DNA of 64,000 nt, from assembly GCF_046119375.1 (NCBI RefSeq), contig NW_027362762.1:231322001-231386000 (forward strand), written 5' to 3'. The DNA is from Phyllobates terribilis (taxonomy: Eukaryota). Below are positions 35,553 through 48,346 of the stretch, one piece after another. Position 1 is the stretch's first letter, and the number at the start of each line of letters is the position of its first letter. Both the position numbers and the translations under genes were made by a program. The notes under the pieces were generated by a model, which was given only the letters and a program-made list of their open reading frames with translations, searched no databases and was not told where the DNA came from.

Positions 35553-37679
35553 AAACATGTATATCCAGTACATGTAAGTATACTGCTTAAAGCATGTATT
35601 TAAATATTTACAGTTCACCGACTTTTCTGTTACCCTGCACTGTTCCAATCTTCTTCTGAACCATGTAACTGCGATTCAGCTTAGCCGTCTCACACAGCGT
35701 CTGCTGAGTGGACCAGTAGCTGCTTTCCTAATGTAAGACTATGAGACTCAGATCTTTGCTCTTACAGGCTTACATTGAAGAAGCGACTTCCAGTCCTTTC
35801 AGGAGATGCTGTGTGGGATTAGGAAATGCATTTATTTCTGAGAGTTATTCTTTAACTATTAATACATTTTCCCTGTAACATCTCTAAAAATATTTCTCAG
35901 TGAACTACTAAGCCATATGATATCTTTGAGGCATTTTATGAAAGATATAGTATAATATATTTCTTAATAATACATATATCTGGGATAAATAAGAATCTCA
36001 AGTTCTTCTCAGCACATAACTAGAATTATGATCATGGGAAGAGTTGCATATTTATATTACATAATATAATGCATATTACAGTTCATTAGTTTACATTTTG
36101 GAAAATTCTGTAGATGCACTATATATTTAATTAAAAAAGTATGAAGCTTCATTATACACTGTTAATTAGAAGTTTGTGAACCCTTCAGATATTGATGCAT
36201 AAGGGGGTCACTACAGACGCTGAAGGCAAAGGTTCATATACTTATGTCACTCACAAACATGGGATTTTGAATAATTTTTCTCATTTAAATATTAGCAAAC
36301 GCTAATTTTTTTTACTTGTTTTATTGGGTTCTCTTTATCATCTTTTAGGACTGGGAAAAATTGGTGTAATTTTATGTGAAGTTTATGCAAAAATATGGAG
36401 AGTGATGAAGGTTTCATAAACTCAACTTTTGCAGCATTTCTGAGAAAAACATACTGTAAAATCTGCACAGGAGACTAGTTGGACAGGTGGTGTCCTGTGG
36501 TTTCCCCCTACTCGCTGCCCTGGGGAGATAGATGTCTCCCTATATATGCATGCATGCAGGTAGGGACATGTCACTGAAGAGTAGCAGTTGGAAAGAACCC
36601 GCTGGGTCCCACCTCTCTGACTAGTCTTTTCTGTGGCTTGGTCCTCAACAGTTGTTAAAGTATGTTTTTCTCTGAAATGGTGCAGTGTTTACTAGTCATA
36701 CATACCTGGATGAAATCATACAGCCAATGTGTGATACATGTTGTGGTGGATCGGGCAGCATGTATCAGCTGCCAGGCTCCCTTTAAAATCTAGGTGGTTA
36801 ACAAACCAGCAAGAATTATATGGGACAGAACATACTTATAATTGACAGTACTCGGCAGAGAACAAACAGTGGATTCTAGCATCTAGTGACACTGTAATGT
36901 AATTTAACGCACAACAATCAATATAAACATGTAACAAATATAAGAACAAGACAACAATTATAATGTCATTGAAAAGTAAAAATGTAATCACTTGCATACA
37001 ACCTTAGGTGTATCACATCAAAAGAGAGCTAAATAAATATTGACATAAGGAGGAAGTAATCAGAGAAAACAGCATACCACTCCATTATTTGTCCTGTCCA
37101 CCATGGAATCTATGTGGTGCTAAATGTACACCTAGTTAGCAAAAAAATACAAATATAAATAACCTTTTGCATATAGAATACATATTATTTTCTTATGTAA
37201 TATGAATTGCACACAGCAAGAACTGATCAGTTTCCATAGTAACTTGTATTTGTGGAAATTACCATGTTGTCTACATGTGCTTTTTTGCTTTCCAGTGGAA
37301 AAACATGCTATCATTTGGTATCATAAAAATAAGAGGGAAAATGTACGTCTTTAAAACTCTTAATGATAATGACTTAAAGAGAAAAGTATGTTCTAGAGGA
37401 TTTCTAAAAAGTAATCAATAGAAGAATAGTCACTCCTCTGATTACAAGAGGAGGCTGCAAGGAACCTAATAATTGCTGAACAGACTTACCATCATGATAT
37501 CATTTCACATTGTTAGGATGAAATATAAAGTGCTACTGGACCTCTACTGTAATTTATAAGATTATCAAGTCATATAAAGAAAGCACAGAATCACAGGCCA
37601 CAAGCCAAATGCACTGATACAGGGCATGAAACAGAAATAGTTTATATCGAGTGGACATTTTTGCACATAATACACACCA

Positions 37680-37680
<1 letters not shown>

Positions 37681-37713
<33 letters not shown>
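37681..37713. repeat. (ATT)11 microsatellite
   Basis: Read directly. Confidence 0.95.
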
Positions 37714-37715
<2 letters not shown>

Positions 37716-37778
37716 AGAGTTGGTAAGAAATTTTATTAAAACTCTCATCATTCTTGAAAAGAGATCTGCTGCATTTAA

Positions 37779-38177
37779 AGTGATTGTGCAGGACATTTAT
37801 ATTGATGGATTTTCCTTAGGATCGGTCATCAGCAGCTTATTGGTGCAGATGTGACACTGACACACCCGTTAATTAGCTGTTCTTGGTACTGGCAGTGGCC
37901 AGGTGTAGAGCAGCACAGCACAGCCCAATGAACTGTATAGTGGCCATAGCCAAGTGCTGTCATCTTCCCTCTATTTAAATCAGTACGTGGCAGTTCCCGG
38001 CCTCAGCCACTATGCAGTTGACTGAGCTGTGTGGTTCTGCTCTGCAACTGAGCATATCCTGCTGTCACCTGACCAGAAACAGCTGATCGGTGGGTTGCCA
38101 GGTGTTGCACTCCCAACAGGATAGGCCTAAGATATCCTAAGGATAAACCATCAATATAAAAGTCCTGGACAACGATT
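37779..38177. mobile_element. T2-type MITE
   Basis: TTAA flanks. TIRs AGTGATTGTGCAGGACATTTATATTGATGG / CCATCAATATAAAAGTCCTGGACAACGAT. Confidence 0.75.
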
Positions 38178-38495
38178 TTAAAGAGATCCTGTCATCAGAA
38201 TTATCCACGTTGAACTAAAGGTATGTTCATAATGACGCTATCATAATGATTTAATAAATACCTTCAGTGTAGAAATCTGCAGCCTGGTTTTTGTTAAATC
38301 ATGATTAGAAGTTTCAGATTCCTAAACTCTTTATGCGTCTGGGCAAGACTGTGGGGCAGGACTGTGGGTAGGGTCTTCAGCTCTGCCATTGCCTCTCCGC
38401 TGCCTATGGTGTCATTATCTTCTTCCTCATTTAAATGTCGTGCCAGTGCCATTATAGCTGCAGGCTGCCCTTGTGCTGATTGGTCTCATGGTAAG

Positions 38496-39766
38496 TGTAA
38501 CATACCTGGGGGCGTCCTTGCATAGTGGTCCATCTCCCACTGTGCAAGAGCGCGCACTTGATCTCCAGTCCAGTTTGCTAGCCTGGCTTCCCTCCATGCA
38601 GTCTGTTTGCCTCTGTGTCTGCTGCTTAAGGGCAGCGCCCGATCACTTCCTGCTTTTTGTACCTGCTGCAGGCACACCACTTGTGGGTCCTCAGCCTATT
38701 GCTGTCTGCCATCTGGTATTTAACCCAGCTGCTCCAATGAATCCCTGCCTGAGCATTGTGTTCTGTCAGTTGGCCTTTGGTCACTGATATGCCAGGTCCC
38801 GTTTATGTTTCCTGCCTTCGGTATCAGTTCCCGTGTCTGAACTGTGTCCTGTCTGTATTATCTTCTAGCCTGTTGTCTTCTGCCTATCCTGGAGGCTGTA
38901 TTTCCAGGCCTGTGTGAACCCGCTCCTGTATCTTGCTGCTGTGTCTGTTCTTGTCTGAATACTCTCCTAGCCTGTTTTGTTTTTCTCTATGTCCGTACTT
39001 TCCCTTTTTCTGCAGAGTCTGAACTCGTACCTAACTCCTGCTCGTTGTCACTGTACTTCCGTTTGTGAGTTTGTGGTCCACTCGCTACTTCTCTGCAAGT
39101 ACCCTGTGGGTATCTGGTTCTGCCTTTCCCTTCTAGTCTGTTCCGTGTGTACAGAGCCCTGTCCCCACCACGTTTGCGGTTTTCGCTTTGCTCAGCTCTG
39201 TCCACCGCGTCTGCGGTTTTCGCTTTGCTCAGCTCTGTCCACCGCGTCTGCGGTTTTCGCTTTGCTCAGCTCTGTCCACCGCATCTGCGGTTTTCGCTTT
39301 GCTCAGCTCTGTCCACCGCGTCTGCGGTTTTCGCTTTGCTCAGCTCTGTCCACCGCGTCTGCGGTTTTCGCTTTGCTCAGCTCTGTCCACCGCATCTGCG
39401 GTTTTCGCTTTGCTCAGCTCTGTCCACCGCGTCTGCGGTTTTCGCTTTGCTCTGCCCTGTCCACCGCATCTGCGGTTTCGAATTTGTCTCCCAGTCTGTA
39501 CTGGACCCTACCCAGCCTGCTCTAGTCTACCTGTTCCTGTATTCCCCGGTGTGGGTCAACAGCCGTGTCCGGTGTCTGACCTGGAGTAGACCCTGGTTCC
39601 TCTGCTCGGTTCCTCCCTGGTGCACTGGCGTCATATGCCGTCGTGTTACCTTGGTTGGATCGGGCAGATACTTAGTTACGCCCCTCCAGGCACTCGCTGG
39701 TTCATTGCACAGTGGAATCACTAGATAAACACGCACACGCCAGTCAGTCCGGGTGTGTGCATTACA
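38496..39766 (+). repeat. 5' LTR (1271 bp), TATA-like TATTTAA at 38717
   Basis: Direct repeat of 42176-43778, about 97% identical by eye outside the VNTR. Confidence 0.93.
39159..39480 (+). repeat. 37-bp VNTR in the 5' LTR, about 9 copies
   Basis: Unit TCTGTCCACCGCGTCTGCGGTTTTCGCTTTGCTCAGC. Confidence 0.95.
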
Positions 39767-39768
39767 GC

Positions 39769-39778
39769 ATGCTCAGGC
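39769..39778 (+). promoter_or_regulatory. Putative self-priming primer-binding site
   Basis: ATGCTCAGGC, 2 nt after the LTR end, is the exact reverse complement of GCCTGAGCAT at 38747-38756, 30 nt after the TATA-like motif. There is no TGG tRNA-type PBS here. Confidence 0.75.
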
Positions 39779-39816
39779 CATGGTTCCCGTTGAGCCCCAC
39801 GGCCTTCGCTCTCTGA

Positions 39817-42180
39817 GTTGTTTTCCAGCGAATACGTGCATTAAAAATAAATAAAATTTTTTTTTTTTCCTTAGCTGAGTTCCAGGCGAATTACGCACCC
39901 GTCCAGATCGATCTTTCTGCACTCGTTCCTGCGGATCCGCTACGTTACTATGGGGATCCAAGACAGAGTCGTGCATTTGTGGAGCAATGCATGCTACACT
40001 TCAAGTTCTACCCTCTATGTTTTCCCACAGATCGGCCTAATGTGGGATTCATGATGTCTTACCTAGAGGGTGATGCCTTTAATTGGATCACACCCCTATG
40101 GGACTCACAGGATCCAATCGTCCTGGACATAATGGCCTTCCTGGTGGCCTTTCTAATGGTCTTCGATGATCCTAACCCGGAGGCTCCTGTTGAAGCTTCA
40201 CTTCCCAATATCCCGGAGCAGCCCCGATGGGTAATGTGTGTGGGTAGCGCAATAGTCCTCCAGCCCAATGAGACTACTGCCCACCCAGAATCCTCACAGG
40301 GTGACTACACTCTCCGGAATACTTCTCCCAACCTCAAGAGGCAGTCCAGATGTGCTAGACGTAGAGGCAAGCCGTCACGCCAGGGTCTGTCCTCCCTGAG
40401 TCCTCATGACCCCAACCTTGAAGTCCCTACTGAAGCTTCATCTCCCTGTATCCCGGAGAAGCCCCAACGGGTAATGTGCGTGGGTAGTGCACCAGTTCTC
40501 CTGCCCGAAGAGACTGCTGCCCACCCAGAATCCACACTGGAGGACCCCCTGTTGCCTCCTGAATCCCCCGGGATACCACTTGATAACTATTGGAGAGAGA
40601 CTTCCCTATACTCTGCACCTGTTACCTCGCCCGCTTCGTCCAGGGAGTCCGACCTAGTGTTCTCCGAAGCAGAGGTTACCCCCGAGTCTCTACACCCGTC
40701 CGATCAGGCGGAGGATCTCCTGTTGTCTCTTGAACCCTTCGGGGTGCTACCTGGTTGCGAATGGACATAGACTTTCCTATACTCGGTACCTGATACCTCG
40801 GCTGCTTCATCCAGTGAGTCCGACCTAGTGTACTCCGAAGCAGAGGTTACCCATGAGTCTCTTCACCCCTCCGACCTGGCAGAGGACCTCCAGTTGTCTC
40901 CTGAGCCCTTCGGGGTGCTACCTGGTAGCGAAAGGACAGAGACACTCCTATACTCTGTACCTGATACCTTGCTCGCTTCATCCAGTGAGTTCAACCTAGT
41001 GTACTCCGAAGCAGAGGTTACTCCCGAGTCTCTACACCCCTCCGACCAGGCGGAGTACCTCCAGTTGTCTCCAGAACCCTTCGGGGTGCCACCTGATGGT
41101 GAATGGACAGAGACTTTCCTATATCCTGGATCTGATACCTCGCCCGCTTCATTCAGTGAGTCCAACCTAGTGAACTCTGAAGCAGAGGTTACCCCCGAGA
41201 CTCTACACCCCTCCGACCAGGCGGAGGAACTCCAGTTGTCTCCTGAACCCTTCGGGGTGCTACCTTATAGCGAATGGACAGAGACTCTCCTATACTCGGT
41301 ACCTGATACCTCGGCTGCTTCATCCAGTGAGTCTGAACAAGTGTACTCCGAAGCAGAGGTCATCCCCGAGTCAATACACCCCTCTGACCAGGCAGAGGAC
41401 CTCCAGTTGTCTCCTGAACCCTTCGGGGTGCTACATGACAGCGAATGGACAGAGACTCTCCTATACTCGGTACCTGATACCTCGCCCGCTTCTTCCAGTG
41501 AGTCCGACCTAGTGTACTCTGAAGCAGAGGTTATCCCCGAGTCTCTACACCCCTCCGACCAGGCGGAGGACCTCCAGTTGTCTCCTGAACCCTTCGGGGT
41601 GCTACCTGATAGCGAATGGACAGAGACTCTCCTATACTCGGTACCTGATACCTCGGATGCTTCTTCCAGTGAGTCCGACCTAGTGTACTCCGAAGCAGAG
41701 GTTACCCCCAAGTCTCTGCACTCTTCCGACCCGGCGGAGGACCCCCAGTTGTTTCCTGAATTCTCCGGGGTACCACCTGATAACAAAGAGACAGTGACTT
41801 TTCTACACCTTGTACCTGATACCTCGCCCATTTCATCCTGTGAGCTTGACAAGATGTACCCCGAAGCAGAGGTTACCCTCGAGTCTTTGCACCCCTCCAA
41901 CCCGTCTGAGGGCTTTCAGTTGTCTCCTGAACCCTCTGGGGTGCTACCTGATAATAAGTGGAGAGAGACTTCCTTGTGTGCTATTCCTGGTACTCCACCC
42001 GTTTCGTCTGTTGCTGAGGATGGCTGGATAGGAGGTAGCATCCTAGCTAACCAGAGGAGACCAGTTTTTCCGGTGGACAGTGGAAGTGATCTCCTTGAAG
42101 TAAAGGATTGGCCCTCGAATTCCCTGCGGAACATTCTGGCAGGCCTGAAGAAGAGGGGGCGTAAGGGGGGGGTACTGTAA
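39817..42180 (+). pseudogene. Gag capsid N-domain (PEG10/RTL/LDOC1-like) fused to Pro/Ser/Glu-rich repeats; one frame with a single internal TAG (40768-70)
   Basis: PLRYYGDPRQSRAFVEQCMLHFKFYPLCFPTDRPNVGFMMSYLEGDAFNWITPLWDSQDP..FLVAFLMVFDDP is the sushi gag pattern. ORFs 39979-40770 and 40828-42180 are in the same frame, and the intervening codons are open. The TAG corresponds to GAG in sister repeats. The start codon is unresolved. Confidence 0.85.
40555..42000 (+). repeat. 171-bp (57-aa) coding tandem repeat, about 8.4 copies
   Basis: Unit YSVPDTSPASSSESDLVYSEAEVTPESLHPSDQAEDLQLSPEPFGVLPDSEWTETLL, with register points at 40606, 40777, 40948 ... 41803, 41974. Confidence 0.95.
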
Positions 42181-43778
42181 CATACCTGGCGGCGTCCTTG
42201 CAAAGTGGTCCATCTCCCACTGTGCAAGAGCGCGCACTTGATCTCCAGTCCAGTTTGCTAGCCTGGCTTCCCTCCATGCTGTCTGTTTGCCTCTGTGTCT
42301 GCTGCTTAAGGGCGTCGCCCGATCACTTCCTGCTTTTTGTACCTGCTGCAGGCACACCCCTTGTGTGTCCTCAGCCTATTGCTGTCTTCCATCTGGTATT
42401 TAACCCAGCTGCTCCAATGAATCCCTGCCTGAGCATTGTGTTCTGTCAGTTGGCCTTTGGTCACTGATATGCCAGGTCCCGTTTATGTTTCCTGCCTTCG
42501 GTATCAGTTCCCGTGTCTGAACTGTGTCCTGTCTGTATTATCTTCTAGCCTGTTGTCTTCTGCCTATCCTGGAGGCTGTATTTCCAGGCCTGTGTGAACC
42601 CGCTCCTGTATCTTGCTGCTGTGTCTGTTCTTGTCTGAATACTCTCCTAGCCTGTTTTGTTTTTCTCTATGTCCGTACTTTCCCTTTTTCTGCAGAGTCT
42701 GAACTCGTACCTAACTCCTGCCTGTTGTCACTGTACTTCCGTTTGTGAGTTTGTGGTCCACTCGCTACTTCTCTGCAAGTACCCTGTGGGTATCTGGTTC
42801 TGCCTTTCCCTTCTAGTCTGTTCCGTGTGTACAGAGCCCTGTCCTCACCGCGTCTGCGGTATTCGCTTTGCTCAGCTCTGTCCACCGCGTCTGCGGTTTT
42901 CGCTTTGCTCCGCTCTATCCACCGCGTCTGCGGTTTTCGCTTTGCTCAGCTCTGTCCACCGCGTCTGCGGTTTTCGCTTTGCTCAGCTCTGTCCACCGCA
43001 TCTGCGGTTTTCGCTTTGCTCAGCTCTGTCCACCGCGTCTGCGGTTTTCGCTTTGCTCAGCTCTGTCCACCACGTCTGCAGTTTTCGCTTTGCTCAGCTC
43101 TGTCCACCGCGTCTGCGGTTTTCGCTTTGCTCAGCTCTGTCCACCGCGTCTGCGGTTTTCACTTTGCTCAGCTCTGTCCACCACGTCTGGGGATTTCGCT
43201 TTGCTCAGCTCTGTCCACTGTGTCTGCGGTTTTTGCTTTGCTCAGCTCTGTCCACCGCGTCTGCAGTTTTCGCTTTGCTCAGCTCTGTCCACTGCGTCTG
43301 CGGTTTTCGCTTTGCTCAGCTCTGTCCACCACGTCTGCGGATTTCGCTTTGCTCAGCTCTGTCCACCGCGTCTGCGGTTTTCGCTTTGCTCAGCTCTGTC
43401 CACCGCGTCTGCGGTTTTCGCTTTGCTCAGCTCTGTCCACCGCGTCTGCGGTTTTCGCTTTGCTCTGCCCTGTCCACCGCATCTGCGGTTTCGAATTTGT
43501 CTCCCAGTCTGTACTGGACCCTACCCAGCCTGCTCTAGGCTACCTGTTCCTGTATTCCCCGGTGTGGGTCAACAGCCGTGTCCGGTGTCTTACCTGGAGT
43601 AGACCCTGGTTCCTCTGCTCGGTTCTTCCCTGGTGCACTGGCGTCGTATGCCGTCATGTGACCTTGGTCGGATGGGGCAGATACTTAGTTACGCCCCCCA
43701 GGCACTCTCCGGTTCATTGCACAGTGGAATCACTACATAAACACGCACACGCCAGTCAGTCCGGGCGTGTGCATTACA
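42176..43778 (+). repeat. 3' LTR (1603 bp) with about 18 copies of the 37-bp VNTR (42839-43492)
   Basis: It is 332 bp longer than the 5' LTR, about nine extra 37-bp units. Confidence 0.93.
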
Positions 43779-45305
43779 GTAAGCTTCAGGAAAATGGCAC
43801 TGGTGGCAGCGCATGCAGAGACTTAGATCTTGACTCAATGACAAGCTGAGATCTCATTCTGCACATGCGACAACAACGTCGCCAATTTAGTGCAGACCAC
43901 CTAAGGTCGATCCGTGCATATGCCACCATATCAATATGTACAAGCCCCGCCCGCAGCTAGGGCACTGGAAGAGTGAAATTTAAATGAGGAAGAAGATAAA
44001 GACACTAGAGACAGCGGAGGGGCCGTGGCAGAGCTGAAGACTCGCCTCACAGTCCCAACCCACAGACCCCAACCAACACAATCCTGCCCTGATACATGAA
44101 GAGTTTAGGAATCCAAAAGTTCAAATGGTGATTTAGCAAAAACCAGGCTGCGGAGTTCTAAACTGAACGTATCTATTAATTCAGTATGACGGCGCCATTA
44201 TGTCCATAGCTTTAGTTTAATACAGAAAATCCTGATGACATATTCTCTTTATGCTATATTTTATATAGTAAAAATGGCTATTTTTTATGCAGGAGCATTT
44301 CATATTAGTTAATTATTTAATTATTATATCTCTTAACAGACAGAACTTCTTTCTATGGTCCGGTTCTGACCTCAGGGTGTAATATTTATACAAATATTAT
44401 TCATTTAAAATGTACCTGTTATTTCAGGCAACATTTCAGAATAAGCTATTAAGAATGTGAACTTGAGGAATAACAATTTGTCTGGCAAATATATGGCTTG
44501 AATCAGTCCTATTCTATATCTAATTTTAGTTTTCCGTAAGCTACTGGGTGGAAACTACTGCTATGATGTCTTGTCACACAAAAATATGAGGAATTCTTTC
44601 GCCCATGTCTCTATGTAGTACATGTTCAGAAGTTTGTGTAGCATAGAGCTTATTACACAGCAGGAATGAGCAATACAGTTATGAATCTAACTCTGCGATG
44701 AGGCAAAACACTTACTTGTTAGCGGTAGCAGGAACTGTCTCCCTGCCTGTTTCACTCTTCTCTTCTTTCCGCCTTCTCTCACCTATCCATAGATTTCTAT
44801 AAGCAGCTGTAATCTGATCCTACAGTGAGGTGGCAGTGTGTATTATTTTGACCATAAGGGATTTTAGCATATTTTCATACAGAATGATGAATGAAAGAGA
44901 ATGAAGTGACTCATAAGTGGAGAGAGAAGCATATTTCTGTGATAAGTCATATATTACAAAGTTTAGCTTAGTTTTAGTTAAGTTTTGTTAAATTTTTTAA
45001 CTATTGGGAATTAGTGAAAGACATTCATTTCAAACTTTGAAGTCGTAAAGCAGAATCAACAATTCCTAAAAGGATTAAGCATGGTTTGAGCCTGCAAATG
45101 ACTAGCTAAACAATAACAGTTACAGAGGTAGTGTACTACAGAGGAGGCATATTGATAATGGGTAATTCTTTTTAACCATAGTATAATATTTTATGCCTAA
45201 TGTGTTTGAGAGAAACATCATTTAGTGATGACCTTCAGGGGAAATTTTAGTATGTTGACTTCTTATTGATCACAGAAGCTCTTCCCGCATCACTGGTTAT
45301 TTTAA

Positions 45306-45728
45306 AGGAAATCTGGTAGTAGATTTTTGTTATGTAATCTGAGAGCAGCATGATGTTGGGACTGAGACTGATTCCCATGATATGTCACTTACTGGGCTGT
45401 TTACAGTTGTTTTAATAAATTTGATGTTAATAACCAGGAGACTATCACTAGAGAGCTAGTTGCCTCCTAGTCCTCCTGCTCTGTGTAACACTGCCACTGA
45501 TTAGCAACTTTCTGCCTATGCACAGTGTACACAGAAAGCTGCCAATCAGTGATGTGGGTGGGGTTACATAGAGCTCAGCATTCTGAGCACTGCTAGCTAT
45601 GTAACAGAGAAAACTGTGATTTTAGCACAACTGCTGCACTCAATAAGTGATACATGGCTTGAATAAGGGTCTCAGCCCCTATATCATACTGCTCTCAGAG
45701 GTAGAAAAATCCTGATGACAGATTCCCA
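45306..45728. mobile_element. T2-type MITE
   Basis: TTAA flanks (45302-05, 45729-32). TIRs AGGAAATCTG..GATTTT / AAAATCCTGATGACAGATTCCCA, with paired internal arms. Confidence 0.75.
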
Positions 45729-46029
45729 TTAAAGAATACAAAAGGGCTACAAATGCAAGTAAAGGTATTTAGCATATTATCTTGTAACAAAATGTAACAG
45801 AGTTATCAAAAAATCATGTTTAGACTACATCCTCCGGATGATTAGTTAATGACATTTGTGTCGCTTGATATTTACTGGATCTCGTTACCTGCTTTCTATA
45901 ATACTTAACAGGTATGCACTAAAGCCTATTTATTTCCCTAGAGCAATGGAGAAAGTGCTGGCTAGATGGTGAAACAATGATTATTACTGTGGTTATGCCA
46001 ATAGCTACATCACTGTACTTGTATTTACT

Positions 46030-46321
46030 TGAGTAATATGGCTGCTTGTCTTTAACTCATTTATCAAATGGCTGACTTTCCCTAGATGCTGGATTAATAT
46101 GGCTGCCCATCTCCAGGTGATGTATTAACATGGCTGCCTGTCTTCATGCGAGTTAATAACATGACTGCCTGTCTTTTGGTCACATATTTCATGGCTGTAT
46201 GTCTTTAGGCGATGTATAATATTGCGGCCTGTCTCCTGTATATGACGTACTGTATACCATGATTGTATGTCTAGAGGTAATGTATCAATATGACTGCCTG
46301 TCTCTAGATGATGTGTAACAT
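46030..46321. repeat. Degenerate about 33-bp tandem repeat (continues at 51099-51150)
   Basis: Recurring AA(C/T)ATG(G/A)CTGCCTGTCT(C/T) units. Confidence 0.65.
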
Positions 46322-46573
46322 ACAAAACCTAAGATAAAAGCAAAATGAACAAATACACTGCAGTAAATTAATAAATAAATAGCAATAGTGCATGAAAACA
46401 TAGGGTTCTTAGTTGACATAATTTTGATAAAAAAAATGTAAAAGCCATCCCACCATGTCAAGGTGGTCGTAACCTCTACTATTAAAACCTTATCATATGT
46501 CAAGTGATGTACTGTGAATAAGGGCTGAGAAAGACTGAGACAAGACTAATGGACACCCAGCCATGGGGAACTA

Positions 46574-48166
<1,593 letters not shown>

Positions 48167-48346
48167 TATATGAATGTAATGTCCAGTTCAAGGAAAACCG
48201 AGGACACACCCTTATTTGCACAAAGCTCAAAAAATATGAAACCAAAACCTAAAGAGATGAACTGGAATAAAAGTTGGTGTGCACGCAGCGTGTAGGCGCA
48301 TGTTCACACTTGCCACTAAACAGAAATAAAGTCACTATCATTGTAC

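Larger units (their letters stand above)
38496..43778 (+). mobile_element. Non-autonomous sushi/chromovirus-type LTR retroelement (two LTRs, gag-derived ORF, no pol)
   Basis: Perfect 5-bp TSD GTAAG (38491-95 / 43779-83). LTRs TGTAAC...TTACA at 38496-39766 and 42176-43778. Polypurine tract at 42148-42172. The 2.4-kb interior has no PR/RT/RH/IN motifs. Confidence 0.93.
38182..44250. mobile_element. Fold-back T2-type MITE split by the LTR element (arms 38182-38495 and 43779-44250)
   Basis: Left AGAGATCCTGTCATCAG..CTAAAGGTATGTTCATAATGACGC pairs with right GGCGCCATTATGTCCATAGCTTTAG..CTGATGACATATTCTCT. Internal arms also pair (TCTTCTTCCTCATTTAAAT / ATTTAAATGAGGAAGAAGA). Confidence 0.8.

Noticed and set aside
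38977-39728. Three overlapping Cys-rich ORFs (133-193 aa), and the 244-340 aa equivalents at 42657-43849
   Set aside because: The 37-bp unit has no plus-strand stop and is not a multiple of 3, so all frames stay open and give the same cycling peptide.
40863-41900. Antisense ORFs (100 and 211 aa) opposite the 57-aa repeat
   Set aside because: Shadow of the sense repeat ORF, with no independent domain.
44445-44500. LRR-like peptide AIKNVNLRNNNLSG
   Set aside because: Bracketed by stops with no usable splice sites, and it lies at a MITE-like end.
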